NCBI GenBank assembly: GCA_049322255.1
Contig: JBMORE010000053.1
Span: 1-64,000, forward strand
Source: Myxococcota bacterium
GTDB lineage: Bacteria > Myxococcota > Myxococcia > Myxococcales > Myxococcaceae
Reading direction: 5' to 3'
DNA length: 64,000 bases
Part shown: positions 8,010 through 17,985 of the stretch, piece after piece
Layout of the letters: the number at the start of each line of letters is the position of its first letter
How positions within the stretch are numbered: position 1 is the first letter of the stretch
Notes under the pieces: model-generated
Told to the model about the DNA's origin: nothing
The model's input: the letters and a program-made list of their open reading frames with translations, nothing else
The model's database searches: none
Position numbers and translations under genes: made by a program

Positions 8010-8375
8010 GTGGCTGAGGCTTTGGTTTGCCAGAATCATGCAGGAGTGGCGGCGGTCGACATTTGTCGAACTTGCTCAATGCGCTACTGCAGTGATTGCC
8101 TTGTAGAAGCTGGGGCCAACGTCTACTGCGCCGACTGTTCTCGCGACGCCAACGGCCCAGCCTCCAAGCAAGCGATCGCGTCGGTGATCATCGCGGTGCC
8201 CGGGCTTTTGATTCCCATCTTGGCCGGCATCGCGGTGTTTCTTGGCTACAAATCCATGCGTGAGATCAGTAAGGGGCAAAGCCCGGTTTCTGGCCAGAAG
8301 TGGGCAGCCGCCGGGACTGTCGTAGGTGGCATCGGTGTGTTGCTTTGGATCGTGGGCCTATTCGTTCGAGGCTGA
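8010..8375 (+). CDS. B-box-like Zn-finger + DUF4190-like membrane protein
   Basis: CxxH-x8-CxxC-x4-CxxC-x9-CxxC, then TM helices with SGQKWAAAG; GGAGG RBS at 7996-8000. Confidence 0.7.
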   Translation: MAEALVCQNHAGVAAVDICRTCSMRYCSDCLVEAGANVYCADCSRDANGPASKQAIASVIIAVPGLLIPILAGIAVFLGYKSMREISKGQSPVSGQKWAAAGTVVGGIGVLLWIVGLFVRG

Positions 8376-8427
8376 CCCACCGCCCTAAGAGGGCGACATC
8401 GAGCGTCCTCTCCTACACCGCAAGCTT

Positions 8428-11055
8428 GTGGAAGCTGCCGCACCGGGCGGCTTGATAAGGTTCCCCCGGGAGGTCGGAGCAGTGGGGAACGCGCTCTCTC
8501 GAAACGGCGCCAGTCTGAACGTGGAGCTGAAGGCCGAGATCGGCCCGGTGGGCCGCGCGCTCGCTGCCCGCTACTTCGAGCCGGTGCGCTTCCCTGCAGA
8601 GGCCTCGGCCCAACTCGCCCAGCTGCACAGCCAAGGCTTCGTGGTCCACGTGATGCGAACCACGTCCTGGGTGAATTACCTCTACCTCACCTGGGCGCTC
8701 CTGCGCCGTGGGTTACCGCCGGTGCGCGCGGTGGTGAACTTACGCCGCTGGTTCACCCGACCCTGGCGGCGCACCGCCCAGCGCGGTGACTTCGAGGTGC
8801 GCTTCACCTACGCGCGCCGTCACGGTGGCTCGGGCCTGGTCTTCTTGAAGACCAGCGCCTTTGGCACCGCACGCGGCCGCGTCTCCAAGGAGGACCCCTT
8901 CCCTGCCCTGGTGGCGCTCGCCCGCCGCGGGGAGGGGAACGTCTTCCTCGTGCCCGAGCTGTTCGTCTGGGAGAAGTGGAGCCAACGGCTCAAGCCGAGT
9001 CTCATCGACTACGTCTTCGGCAGCCCCGAGGCCCCGGGCTTTCTCCACTCGATGCTCGCCTTTTTGCGCAACTACCACCGGGCGCAGTTCCGGGTGGGTG
9101 AGCCGATCGACCTGCGCAAGTTCATCGAAGAGAACGCGCAGGACTCCGACGAGGTCATCGCCCGCAAGGTGCGCGGCGCCCTGCACCACCACCTGGCACG
9201 CGAGACGCGGGCGGTGTTCGGGCCTCCCTTCAAACCCCCGGCGCGGGTTTTGGAAGAGACGCTGCGCGATCGCTCCTTGCGCAAGTCCCTCGAGGAGATC
9301 GCCACTGACACCCACCGCCGATCCGACGCGGTGCAACGGGAGGCTCAAAAGTGCCTCGAGTCGATCGCCGCCCGGCTGCACCCCAGCGTGGTGGCGCTGG
9401 CGGCGCCTCTTCTCCACTGGGTGTTCCACCGCATCTACGACGGCATCGAGGTCGACGAGGCAGGCCTGGAGCGGGCGATGAAAGCCGCGGTGAAGGCGCC
9501 CATCGTCCTCGTCCCCTCGCACAAGAGCCACATCGACTACCTGGTGATGAGCTTCGTGTTCTGGAACCGCGGGTACCAGGTGCCGCTGGTGGCGGCGGGT
9601 GCCAACCTGTCGTTCTGGCCGCTGGGGCCCTTCCTGCGCCGCGGGGGCGCCTTCTTCCTCCGGCGGTCCTTCAAGGGCGACAAGGTGTACACCGCGGTGT
9701 TCAAGGCGTACGTGAAGAAGCTGGTGCACGACGGAGTGCACCAGGAGTTCTTCCCCGAGGGCGGCCGCTCCCGAACCGGAAAGCTCTTGGCGCCCAAGCT
9801 GGGCCTCATCACCTGGGAGGTGGAAGCGGTGCTCGAGCAGGCCGCCAAGGACCTGTACTTCGTCCCGGTGGCGATCGACTACGAGAAGGTGGTCGAGTCG
9901 TCGAGCTACTCGCGGGAGCTGGCGGGAGGCGAGAAGAAGCCGGAGGACTTGAAGGCGCTGCTGAAAACCCCCAAGGTGCTCGCCTCCCGTTACGGGCGCA
10001 TCTACCTCTCGTTCGACGAGCCGATCTCCCTGGTCGAGGTGATGAGCTCACGCAAGCTGTCGGTGGAAGCGGGCGTCGGCGAGGAGCAGAAGAAAGGGCT
10101 GGTGCGGGCGCTCGCCCACCGCATCATGTACGGCATCAACCGCGTCTCCACCGTCACCCCGCACGCGCTCTTGTCGGCGGCGTTGCTCGCCCACCGCCGC
10201 CGCGGCATCACCGCACGCGAGGTGAGCGACCGCATCGTCTTTCTGCGGCAAGTCTGTGAGACCGAGCATGCACCGCTCTCGCCGGTGCTCAAAGACGCGC
10301 CCTCCGACCCGACCCTCCTCGGCCCCGTGCAGGACGCCATGCGTTCCTTCTGCTCCGATGGCGTGGTGCGCACCTCGCACGCCAAGGGCGAGGTCATCTA
10401 TCAGACCGAAGATGCGCGCCGCGCTGAGCTGTCCTTCTACAAAAACACCCTGATGAACCTGCTCGCCGGACGAGGCCTGGTGGCCTGCGCTCTGCTCTGT
10501 GCGCCCTCGCCTGCTCCCGTCCTCGAAACAAAAGCGCGCGCCCTCTTCCTCTCGCGGCTTTTCAAGTTCGAATTCATCTACAAGGTGGGAGAGACCTTCG
10601 ACGCCCTCTTTGCCGAAACGGTCGAGAAGCTCGCCGGGGCCGGGCTTTTGCAGCCAGCGGAAGGGGCGTTGGCTCTCTCCCCCGACCTGTTCGCGCGCGA
10701 GCGCCTCGAGCTCTTGGCCGATCTGCTGCGGGACTATCTGGAGTCCTACCTCGTCGCGGCGTTGAGCGTCGCCGACGTCGGCGTGGGTGGAATCGACCGA
10801 AGAGACTTCCTCAAGAACGCGCTGGAGAGCGCTCGCGCGCTCTTCCTCGAAGGGAAGATCGGCGCCGCCGAAGCGCTCTCGCGCACGAATCTCGAGAACG
10901 CCCTGCTCTACCTGCTCGACCAGGGGTTTTTGGCCGAGAAGGAGAAGAAGCTCGTCCGCGGCCCATCCGACGCTGGCAAGCTCGCCGCCCAGATCCACTC
11001 CTTCTTGGAGCGCGCCCCCGGCCCCCCGGGCGTCACCTGGCCAACAGCTCCTTGA
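8428..11055 (+). CDS. plsB: Glycerol-3-phosphate 1-O-acyltransferase (true start possibly ~8521)
   Basis: PSHKSHIDY (HX4D), GAFFLRR, FFPEGGRSRTGK, FVPVAIDYEK motifs. Confidence 0.92.
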   Translation: MEAAAPGGLIRFPREVGAVGNALSRNGASLNVELKAEIGPVGRALAARYFEPVRFPAEASAQLAQLHSQGFVVHVMRTTSWVNYLYLTWALLRRGLPPVRAVVNLRRWFTRPWRRTAQRGDFEVRFTYARRHGGSGLVFLKTSAFGTARGRVSKEDPFPALVALARRGEGNVFLVPELFVWEKWSQRLKPSLIDYVFGSPEAPGFLHSMLAFLRNYHRAQFRVGEPIDLRKFIEENAQDSDEVIARKVRGALHHHLARETRAVFGPPFKPPARVLEETLRDRSLRKSLEEIATDTHRRSDAVQREAQKCLESIAARLHPSVVALAAPLLHWVFHRIYDGIEVDEAGLERAMKAAVKAPIVLVPSHKSHIDYLVMSFVFWNRGYQVPLVAAGANLSFWPLGPFLRRGGAFFLRRSFKGDKVYTAVFKAYVKKLVHDGVHQEFFPEGGRSRTGKLLAPKLGLITWEVEAVLEQAAKDLYFVPVAIDYEKVVESSSYSRELAGGEKKPEDLKALLKTPKVLASRYGRIYLSFDEPISLVEVMSSRKLSVEAGVGEEQKKGLVRALAHRIMYGINRVSTVTPHALLSAALLAHRRRGITAREVSDRIVFLRQVCETEHAPLSPVLKDAPSDPTLLGPVQDAMRSFCSDGVVRTSHAKGEVIYQTEDARRAELSFYKNTLMNLLAGRGLVACALLCAPSPAPVLETKARALFLSRLFKFEFIYKVGETFDALFAETVEKLAGAGLLQPAEGALALSPDLFARERLELLADLLRDYLESYLVAALSVADVGVGGIDRRDFLKNALESARALFLEGKIGAAEALSRTNLENALLYLLDQGFLAEKEKKLVRGPSDAGKLAAQIHSFLERAPGPPGVTWPTAP

Positions 11056-11509
11056 TTCGCCTCTCCAGAAAAGGGCGCTTCTTCTCTCCGCTGGCCGCGG
11101 CGACGATGATGCCCCTCTTGTCGATGAACACGGTGGAGGGCACCTGGTTGACCCCAAAAGGGCCGAGCACCTCGTCCTGCGCGAGCAGGACCTTCATCTC
11201 CACCCGCATCGCCTGCAACGCCGGGATGACCAGCTGCTCGTCGGGCTCCAGGGAGAGGGCAGCAAAGCCCAAGCCGTCGTCCTCGTATTCTTGGCGCAGC
11301 GCTTCGAGCACCGGCAGCTCGCGCGCGCACATGTGACAACCCGGCACCCAGACGGTCACCACCCAAGGCTTGCCCTTGAAGTCGGCGGCGTAGAACGTCT
11401 TGCCTCCCAAAGTGCGCGCCTCGAAGTCCTTGGGCACGGGGTGGTTGGGCTTCTCGTAGAGGTCGCACCCGAGCACGGCGACGGCGGCGAAGAGTAGGGA
11501 AAGGCGCAT
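11033..11509 (-). CDS. TlpA/redoxin-family thiol-disulfide lipoprotein
   Basis: Lipobox VLGC, WVPGCHMC CxxC, VPSTVFIDKRG. Confidence 0.85.
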   Translation of the reverse strand: MRLSLLFAAVAVLGCDLYEKPNHPVPKDFEARTLGGKTFYAADFKGKPWVVTVWVPGCHMCARELPVLEALRQEYEDDGLGFAALSLEPDEQLVIPALQAMRVEMKVLLAQDEVLGPFGVNQVPSTVFIDKRGIIVAAASGEKKRPFLERRIKELLAR

Positions 11510-11517
11510 GGTCTTCT

Positions 11518-11979
11518 TTAACGAACGTCGAATACCACTCGCCGCTCCGAAGGGAGCGCATTCCCCTGCACGTCGGTGAGCAGGGTGCGCAAGAGTAAGG
11601 AATACACGCCGCTGGGCACCGGGCTCATTCCATCTTCCGCCACTGGCTGAACGGTGACGGTGTACTCGAAATCTTTGTCCTGGACCTGCTCCCGCTCGGG
11701 GGGCGGCACGGTGATGACCAGGCGCTGCTCGACACCCTTTCCTATGAAGGCGATGCCCGGCCTCAAGCTGCGCACGTCCATCAACTCGGAGAAAGTGACC
11801 TTGATCGCCTCGCCGGCCGAGAGCACCGGCGTCCCGCCGTCGGGTGTCGGCTCGACCCGAACGACCCGCGGCGGGTTCTCGTCGAGCGGAGCCAGGTACG
11901 ACTGGTCGGGGTTGGTCTCCAGACATGCCACCGCCAAGGCAGCGACGACCCCAATGGAAGCGAGGAAAGCCCGTCGCAT
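11518..11979 (-). CDS. Lipoprotein with bacterial Ig-like (Big_5/SbsA-type) domain
   Basis: Lipobox AVAC; PPRVVRVEP...IKVTFSELMD...LTDVQGNAL pattern. Confidence 0.75.
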   Translation of the reverse strand: MRRAFLASIGVVAALAVACLETNPDQSYLAPLDENPPRVVRVEPTPDGGTPVLSAGEAIKVTFSELMDVRSLRPGIAFIGKGVEQRLVITVPPPEREQVQDKDFEYTVTVQPVAEDGMSPVPSGVYSLLLRTLLTDVQGNALPSERRVVFDVR

Positions 11980-13200
11980 TCAGCGGCACCCCTTCTGCAC
12001 GAGGTCGTCGGCGGTGTGGCACTTGAGGCAAGGGCGGTCGTTCTTGCTCGCCACTGATTTGCACAGAGGAGTGAACCCGCTGGGATGCGGGTTGGTGCCT
12101 CGGCTGGCGGGGTTGGCTGCGCTGGTGGCGTGGCAGGCCATGCACGACTCCTCGCGGTGGCAGGCCATGCACTGCTTGATGTCGCGCGCAGCGACGATCG
12201 CATGGTGCTGCGGCCCCAAGACTTCCACCCACTGCTGGTAGTCGGGGTGAATCTTCACGTTGCGCGGGCGCAAGGTGCGGTCCGCGTCCATCGACAATCC
12301 GCTTCGCTCGTGGCACGCCGTGCAGAACGACTGTGCGCGGTGACAGCTGTCGCACTTGGTCGAGTCCATGCGCGCCTGCACCGGGTGCAAAAGAACGTAG
12401 TCGTTGGGGTGCACCGCCAGTGGCTTTTGCAACGAATCGTGGCAGGTCTGACAGTCGCGCTCGGCATGACACTCGGAGCAGATCTTCCGATCGAGCGCCG
12501 CCCGAGTGCCGTGGGTGAGCTCGTAGCGCGGCCCATGGTCGATGCCAAACGGGTTTCCCTGGGTGGGCCGCATGACGCCCTGCACGAAGCCCACTTGAAG
12601 CTTGCCGCTGGGCAGCGTGGAGTGGCACACGTCGCAGGCGGCGGAGGCGAAGGTGCCCTCATGGCAGATGAGGCAGGTCTCCATCTTCGGCAGGTGCTGC
12701 CGGGTGGCCAGGCCGATGTCGAGCATGTCGGTGTGACACGACTTGCATTCAATCTTCTTGTCCACGTGCACCTTGTGATCGAAGAGCAGATTGGGCGCGG
12801 GGAACTGCACCTTGACGACGTCCTTGGGCGTCTTGGGGTTGTAACCGACGTGGCAGACCTCGCACTTGGCGGGAGGGTCGACCTCCTTGCCCGACTTTCT
12901 CGCCGCCTCGATGTCGTGGCACGACTCGCACTCGGCGTGGATGTCGCGCTTGCCCTTCTTGTTCAGCGAGTAGCCGGGCAGGAGCATGTCCACCGCACGA
13001 ACGCTGGTACGGGCAGCGTCATGGCAGCTCTCACACTCGGCCCCGTCTTCGATGTGCTGGCCGTGGTCGAAGGACAGCGGCATGACTTGAGGCGGGTAGA
13101 CCGCCAGTGAACGCTCGCGGCCGGTGGCGGCCAGCGCCAACCCAGCGCCGAAGAGGAGCGCCACGACCGCCGCCACCACGACCTTTTGCGCCCGGTTCAT
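11980..13200 (-). CDS. Periplasmic multiheme cytochrome c, 13 CxxCH motifs
   Basis: Signal peptide; 13 CxxCH counted; two FDHxxH c3/c7-like triheme units, then paired-heme repeats. Confidence 0.93.
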   Translation of the reverse strand: MNRAQKVVVAAVVALLFGAGLALAATGRERSLAVYPPQVMPLSFDHGQHIEDGAECESCHDAARTSVRAVDMLLPGYSLNKKGKRDIHAECESCHDIEAARKSGKEVDPPAKCEVCHVGYNPKTPKDVVKVQFPAPNLLFDHKVHVDKKIECKSCHTDMLDIGLATRQHLPKMETCLICHEGTFASAACDVCHSTLPSGKLQVGFVQGVMRPTQGNPFGIDHGPRYELTHGTRAALDRKICSECHAERDCQTCHDSLQKPLAVHPNDYVLLHPVQARMDSTKCDSCHRAQSFCTACHERSGLSMDADRTLRPRNVKIHPDYQQWVEVLGPQHHAIVAARDIKQCMACHREESCMACHATSAANPASRGTNPHPSGFTPLCKSVASKNDRPCLKCHTADDLVQKGCR

Positions 13201-14606
13201 CAGAGCGCCGCCTTGAGGTCGAAGAGGAAGAACATCTTGGTGTCGGTGCGGGTGAATGCGTTCACGTTCTGCTCGAGCACCATCGAGATGCGGGCCGAGG
13301 AGGTGAGCATGTAGCTTCCCCATAGCTGCGCGCCGAAGAAGGTGCCCCGAAGCAGCGGGTTGAGCCCGTCGGTGATGTTCGCCACCGAGAGCCGGGCATC
13401 GAGGGAGTACTCCCCGTGAGAGGGAGCGAACCCTCCGGTGAGGTCTCCCCAAATCTGACGCCCGCCAAAGCCGCCCTTGTAGGTCACGTCGGCGGCGGCG
13501 CGCAGCACGCCCGCGCGAAACTGCGTCCCCACCGCACCACCCAAGGATTTGCCCTGGGGAAGCGCCGGGTCCTGCAGCGCCCCGAACACCCCTAGGTCGG
13601 GGTGGATGGGCTCCGAGTAGAAGTCTCCCACCACCTGCAAGTACCAACGAAACGGGCCGACCGGCGTGTAGTCGAGCCGGGCCCGCGCGCTGTCACGGGG
13701 AGCCGAAGCGAAGTAGAGGAAGATGGAGTCGGCAGAGAGCACCGGCCGCACCCGCATCACCTCGGCGCTCAGGGCGTATTCCTCGCGGTCGAGGCGGGCC
13801 AAAAGCCTTGCCTGCGCCAGTCGCGACATGAACAGGTCGTACTCCACCCCGCTCACCACGGTGAGGCCCCGGCCCTTGCCGTAGCGTGCCTCCGCCGCGA
13901 CCCGCTCGAGGTCGGTCTTGCCCAACACGATGCCCCGGCGATAACCCACCGAACCGGAGATGCCGCCCATGTTCTCGGCGAACAGCTTGGCGCCGTACAC
14001 CGGCTCGATGTCGTCGAGCTCGGCGCCCGTGCTGACCTGGTCGAGCGCCTGACGGCGGGCGTCACTCTCTCGGGTGCCGTCGGGCTGGTAGACCGACGAG
14101 CCCAAGAGGCTGGCGCCTTTTACCCACAGACCGGCGTACGCTTCAGCCCCGAACCCCGACGCGTGGAGGTAGCGCGCCGTCACGCCGTCGAAGGCCATGT
14201 AGTCCATCAGATCGATGTAGACCTGCCGCCCGACGCGTACGTGGAGCTGCTTGCCCCGGTAGTGAACGTTGGCGTACAGCAGGTCGGCATCCTCGGAGCG
14301 CAGGCCGTCGACCTTGGCGGCTTGGCCCCGGGGCAGGCCCAAGTCGGCGTACACGCGGAGCGACGACTCGAAGCCAATCGGCTGCCCGGTGATGATCTCG
14401 AACGCGTCGAGGCCGAGGTACTGCACCAGGCGCCGGCGCGGCAGGAGGGTGGGGTTCAAGGGGTCGGCCCCGCTGTAGCCACGGAACTGATAGGCCTGCG
14501 CTTCGGTGCGCGCCTCGATCATGTAGGCGGCGGCGAGGCCTAGCTGGGGAACCAGCGCCATCGCCGCCGCGGCCACGGTGGCGAGGGCTGCTCGATGCGC
14601 GCTCAA
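13200..14606 (-). CDS. Putative outer-membrane beta-barrel protein (start uncertain, TTG 14606 or ATG ~14562)
   Basis: Signal-like N-terminus; amphipathic Y/F/G-rich strands throughout (VRVGRQ, FDGVTARY); TGATG coupling to the cytochrome. Confidence 0.7.
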   Translation of the reverse strand: MSAHRAALATVAAAAMALVPQLGLAAAYMIEARTEAQAYQFRGYSGADPLNPTLLPRRRLVQYLGLDAFEIITGQPIGFESSLRVYADLGLPRGQAAKVDGLRSEDADLLYANVHYRGKQLHVRVGRQVYIDLMDYMAFDGVTARYLHASGFGAEAYAGLWVKGASLLGSSVYQPDGTRESDARRQALDQVSTGAELDDIEPVYGAKLFAENMGGISGSVGYRRGIVLGKTDLERVAAEARYGKGRGLTVVSGVEYDLFMSRLAQARLLARLDREEYALSAEVMRVRPVLSADSIFLYFASAPRDSARARLDYTPVGPFRWYLQVVGDFYSEPIHPDLGVFGALQDPALPQGKSLGGAVGTQFRAGVLRAAADVTYKGGFGGRQIWGDLTGGFAPSHGEYSLDARLSVANITDGLNPLLRGTFFGAQLWGSYMLTSSARISMVLEQNVNAFTRTDTKMFFLFDLKAAL

Positions 14607-14700
14607 GGGCTTTTCTTTCCCATCCCTTGCCCGAAGCACCCTTTCGGCCCCCGGACGGCGGCAGTATAGCCAAGCGGCGTTCATCGCCCAGCACTTCTAC

Positions 14701-15861
14701 ATGGTTGCCTACCTTGACCGCCGCCTGCCTCCTCGCCAAGAGTCCTTGCCCTTGTTCCCTCTCGAAGGCGAGCCTGCACCCGAGCGTCGCAACGTTCCGC
14801 CGCTTCTTTTCAGCGTGGCTTTGGCGTGCGTGGCGATGGCGCTCTTCATCGGTGTAGGAGCGACCACCCAAGTGCTCAACGTGGGCTTTGGCCTGTGGTT
14901 TACCGAGGTGTTCATTTTTTTCGCGGTGCCCTGGGTGGCGCTGCGGCTGACGGGACGCTCACCACCAAGGCACACCGGGCTGTCCTACCCCGGGCTCGCG
15001 CCGCTCGGGTTCGGCTTTCTATTGGGCACGGTGAACTACTTCGCCTGGGTCGTTCCACTGCAGTTCGTCTCGCACCTTTTGGCCCCGGAGTGGATGAAAG
15101 AGCTGTTCGACGCGGCGCAGATCTTCAAGAACCAGACGCCCCTGGAGCTTTTGGTCATCATCACCGGCGTCGGGCTGGCCGCTCCGGTCTGCGAGGAGGT
15201 CTTCTTCCGGGGCACCTTCCAACAGGGGCTGATGAGCCGGCTGCCAGCCCCCTGGGCGCTGGTTGTCACCGCCGCGGTGTTCAGCGCCTTCCACCTCGAT
15301 CCGGTGGGGTTTTTCGCGCGCTTCGAGTTGGGAGTGCTCTTCGGGGTGCTGTTCTGGAAGAGCGGCTCGGTGTGGCCGGGCATCGCCGCCCACGCGGCCA
15401 ACAACCTGGTGTCGACCGCCCTGTACTTTGCCCTCGCGGGTGCCGGTGTCGAGGAAGAAGAACCTGCTCCACTGGCGGTGGCCACCTTGGCACTGGTGGG
15501 CCTGAGCGCGATGGCGGCGGTGGTTCAGGTAGGCCGACGGTGGAAGGCAGCGTGGAGAGTCCCCACTCCCGCCATGGACGTGCCGGGCCAGCTACCTTTG
15601 GCCAAACCGCTGCGGCTCGTCGTTCCCTGGCTTGCTGCTGCCGGGGTGTCACTCTTACTGCTCTTCACCGTCGACTGGCGCGGGGTGCAGCTCAACCTGT
15701 GGGACGTGCGCCACCGGTTGCCGCCGATGAAAAAGGACGCAACGCTGGAGGAAAAGGCCAACCGGAAGGCCCTCGACGAGCTTCGGAGCAAGGCCCGACG
15801 CGGTGAAGTTTCGCTCGAGGAGTACCAGCGGAGGCGAAAGGCCTTGGCCGAGCAGCTTTAG
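14701..15861 (+). CDS. CPBP/Abi (CAAX protease-like) intramembrane metalloprotease
   Basis: APVCEEVFFRG, FSAFH, HAANN motifs; multiple TM helices. Confidence 0.9.
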   Translation: MVAYLDRRLPPRQESLPLFPLEGEPAPERRNVPPLLFSVALACVAMALFIGVGATTQVLNVGFGLWFTEVFIFFAVPWVALRLTGRSPPRHTGLSYPGLAPLGFGFLLGTVNYFAWVVPLQFVSHLLAPEWMKELFDAAQIFKNQTPLELLVIITGVGLAAPVCEEVFFRGTFQQGLMSRLPAPWALVVTAAVFSAFHLDPVGFFARFELGVLFGVLFWKSGSVWPGIAAHAANNLVSTALYFALAGAGVEEEEPAPLAVATLALVGLSAMAAVVQVGRRWKAAWRVPTPAMDVPGQLPLAKPLRLVVPWLAAAGVSLLLLFTVDWRGVQLNLWDVRHRLPPMKKDATLEEKANRKALDELRSKARRGEVSLEEYQRRRKALAEQL

Positions 15862-15870
15862 GCCGGAAAG

Positions 15871-16086
15871 TCACAAGAAGCGGTAGCTCTTCACGGTGAA
15901 GATCGGCCCCACCATCGCCGCGGTGAGCGCGTGGAGATCCACCTCCCCTTCTGCCTCGATGCGCGCGCCGTCCTTCTTGAGCTTTCGGTCTCCTCCAGCG
16001 AGCTGGTAGGTGCGCCCATCGTCGCCTTCCAGGGTCCATACCCCCAGCTCCACATCGCGAAAGACGACCGTCCCCGAGAGCTTCAC
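15871..16086 (-). CDS. Small beta-rich hypothetical protein (DUF5818-like)
   Basis: 71 aa, VKLSGTV...GVWTLEGDDGRTYQL; GTGA overlap with the S8 protease. Confidence 0.7.
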   Translation of the reverse strand: MKLSGTVVFRDVELGVWTLEGDDGRTYQLAGGDRKLKKDGARIEAEGEVDLHALTAAMVGPIFTVKSYRFL

Positions 16087-17894
16087 GGGGTCTCCTTCTT
16101 GAGCATCGCGCGGGCGACCACCACGCAGATGAGCACGTTCACCACCAGCCAGGGAACGGCGAGGAAGGTGAACGGCATCCACGCCAGCGCCGGCGCCTTG
16201 GCCCATACGGCGTAGCCGAGAAAGCCGGCGAAGCCGATCGCCAACCCGGCAATCACCGGCCTTAAGGCCTTGGCCTTGATGGCCACAAGCGACGCCGTCA
16301 CCGGTATGAGCGCGCTGTAGAAGATGGGGTTGGCGAGCTTGCCGCGGCCGAAGATGATTCTTTCCCAGTCGGGAATGGGAATCGCCGCCGTGCCCAATAC
16401 CTCGCCCGCTGCTCCGCCTGGACTTCCCAGCCACTTCACGAAGAAGAAACCCACCGAGGCGGCGAGCAGGGGCAAAAAGAACGCCGGCCGCACGAGCACG
16501 TTGAGGTAACCCGGCCGCTGTCGCTTGCCCAAGGTGAGCAGGACCAGCACGAGCAAGCCGAGCGCCCAAAGGAGCGGGCTCCAGATGATGCCACCCGGGC
16601 TCGCCCCCAGCGCGGCCAGCGAGGCCTGGGCATCGAGGAGCCCGTGCCCGTACTGCTCACTCCACCCCGACTGCCCGTCGGCCGCCTTGGCGGAGACAAA
16701 GAGCGCCTTCTCCACCTCGTCGGGGCTCTTGGCGCCCGCAGCGAACAACAGCGCCGCCACCCCGGCGACGTGCGGTGTCGCCATGCTGGTGCCCTGGTAG
16801 TAGGCGTAGATCGACCGCGCGGGGTCTTTCGGATCGATGGTGTTCTGCAACACCCCGTTCTCTTCGCCCTGACGTTTGTTGCCGCCCGGCGCGGCGATGT
16901 CGAGCTCCTTGCCGAAGGACGAGTACGGCGCCCTTTTGCCGTCGGCCCCCACCGCCGCCACCGCCACCGAGCCAGGGTACGCCGCGGGGTACTCCACCCG
17001 GCCAACGCCGCTGTTGCCCGCCGCGCACACCACCACCGCCCCCTTCTTGCGCGCATATGTCACCGCGCCCTCCATCACCTCCGAGCGCCCGCCACCACCG
17101 AGCGACATGTTGATGACTTGCGCTCCGTGATCGGCAGCCCAGCGAATGGCATCGGCGATGTCCGCCGAGGTACCACTGCCGAAGTGGTTGAGGACTTTCA
17201 CCGGCATCAAGGCGGCCTCGTATGCCACGCCGGCCACTCCTTCTTTGTTGTTGGTCGCCTGCGCGATGGTGCCCGCCACGTGAGTGCCGTGCCCGTGGTC
17301 GTCGTTGGGGTGCTCGTCCTTGTTCACGAAGTCGTAGCCCTTCGCGAACTTCACACCTTTCAAGTCGGGCACCTGCTTGAAGTCCTCGTAGTCCTCGTAC
17401 GCGATGCCCGTGTCCAGCACCGCCACCACCACCCCCTTCCCCTTCGAGAGGCCCCAGGCGGCGGGCATTTGAATCATCCTCAGGTTCCACTGCTTGGGGT
17501 ACAGCGGATCATTCGGCGTCAGCCCAGTGTCGGTCTCGCCCACGTCGATGAACGCCGCGCTGGGAGCCGGTGGCACCGAGTAAACCATCATCGGCTCAGC
17601 GGTCTCGACGTCGGGGCTCTGTCGAATACGGGCCAACGCCGCATCGACGTCGGCGACGCCTACCGCCACGGTGACGCCGCTGTCTTCACCCACCAGCGTC
17701 GCGAACTCGAGGTCGACTCCCCAGTCCTTTTCCCACCCGTCGAACTGCGCCTTCGTCGTGCCATCCTTGAAGTCGACCACGATCGTCCCGGGCACGCGCG
17801 CCGCGGGGTCGTCCGCACCATCGGCCGAGGTAAAGCCGCCACATCCAGCGGCGACGAAAAGAAGGGAGGCTCCGAGGAGGAGGCGGTTCGACAT
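16083..17894 (-). CDS. S8 subtilisin-like serine peptidase, lipoprotein with C-terminal membrane domain
   Basis: VAVLDTG, HGHGTHVAG, GTSMATPHVAG triad; lipobox AAGC; ~5 C-terminal TM helices. Confidence 0.95.
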   Translation of the reverse strand: MSNRLLLGASLLFVAAGCGGFTSADGADDPAARVPGTIVVDFKDGTTKAQFDGWEKDWGVDLEFATLVGEDSGVTVAVGVADVDAALARIRQSPDVETAEPMMVYSVPPAPSAAFIDVGETDTGLTPNDPLYPKQWNLRMIQMPAAWGLSKGKGVVVAVLDTGIAYEDYEDFKQVPDLKGVKFAKGYDFVNKDEHPNDDHGHGTHVAGTIAQATNNKEGVAGVAYEAALMPVKVLNHFGSGTSADIADAIRWAADHGAQVINMSLGGGGRSEVMEGAVTYARKKGAVVVCAAGNSGVGRVEYPAAYPGSVAVAAVGADGKRAPYSSFGKELDIAAPGGNKRQGEENGVLQNTIDPKDPARSIYAYYQGTSMATPHVAGVAALLFAAGAKSPDEVEKALFVSAKAADGQSGWSEQYGHGLLDAQASLAALGASPGGIIWSPLLWALGLLVLVLLTLGKRQRPGYLNVLVRPAFFLPLLAASVGFFFVKWLGSPGGAAGEVLGTAAIPIPDWERIIFGRGKLANPIFYSALIPVTASLVAIKAKALRPVIAGLAIGFAGFLGYAVWAKAPALAWMPFTFLAVPWLVVNVLICVVVARAMLKKETP

Positions 17895-17985
17895 AGGTAC
17901 TCCTTTCAGCCCAACTCGCCCGATACGAACGAACAGAATAACGATTGGATCCAGTGGAAAGTCCGGAGGTTCCAACGTAGTGAAT

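Noticed and set aside
11033..12628. 531-aa ORF as a single protein
   Set aside because: Only 11033-11509 (TlpA) is coding; the rest is an off-frame overlap of the cytochrome and lipoprotein genes.
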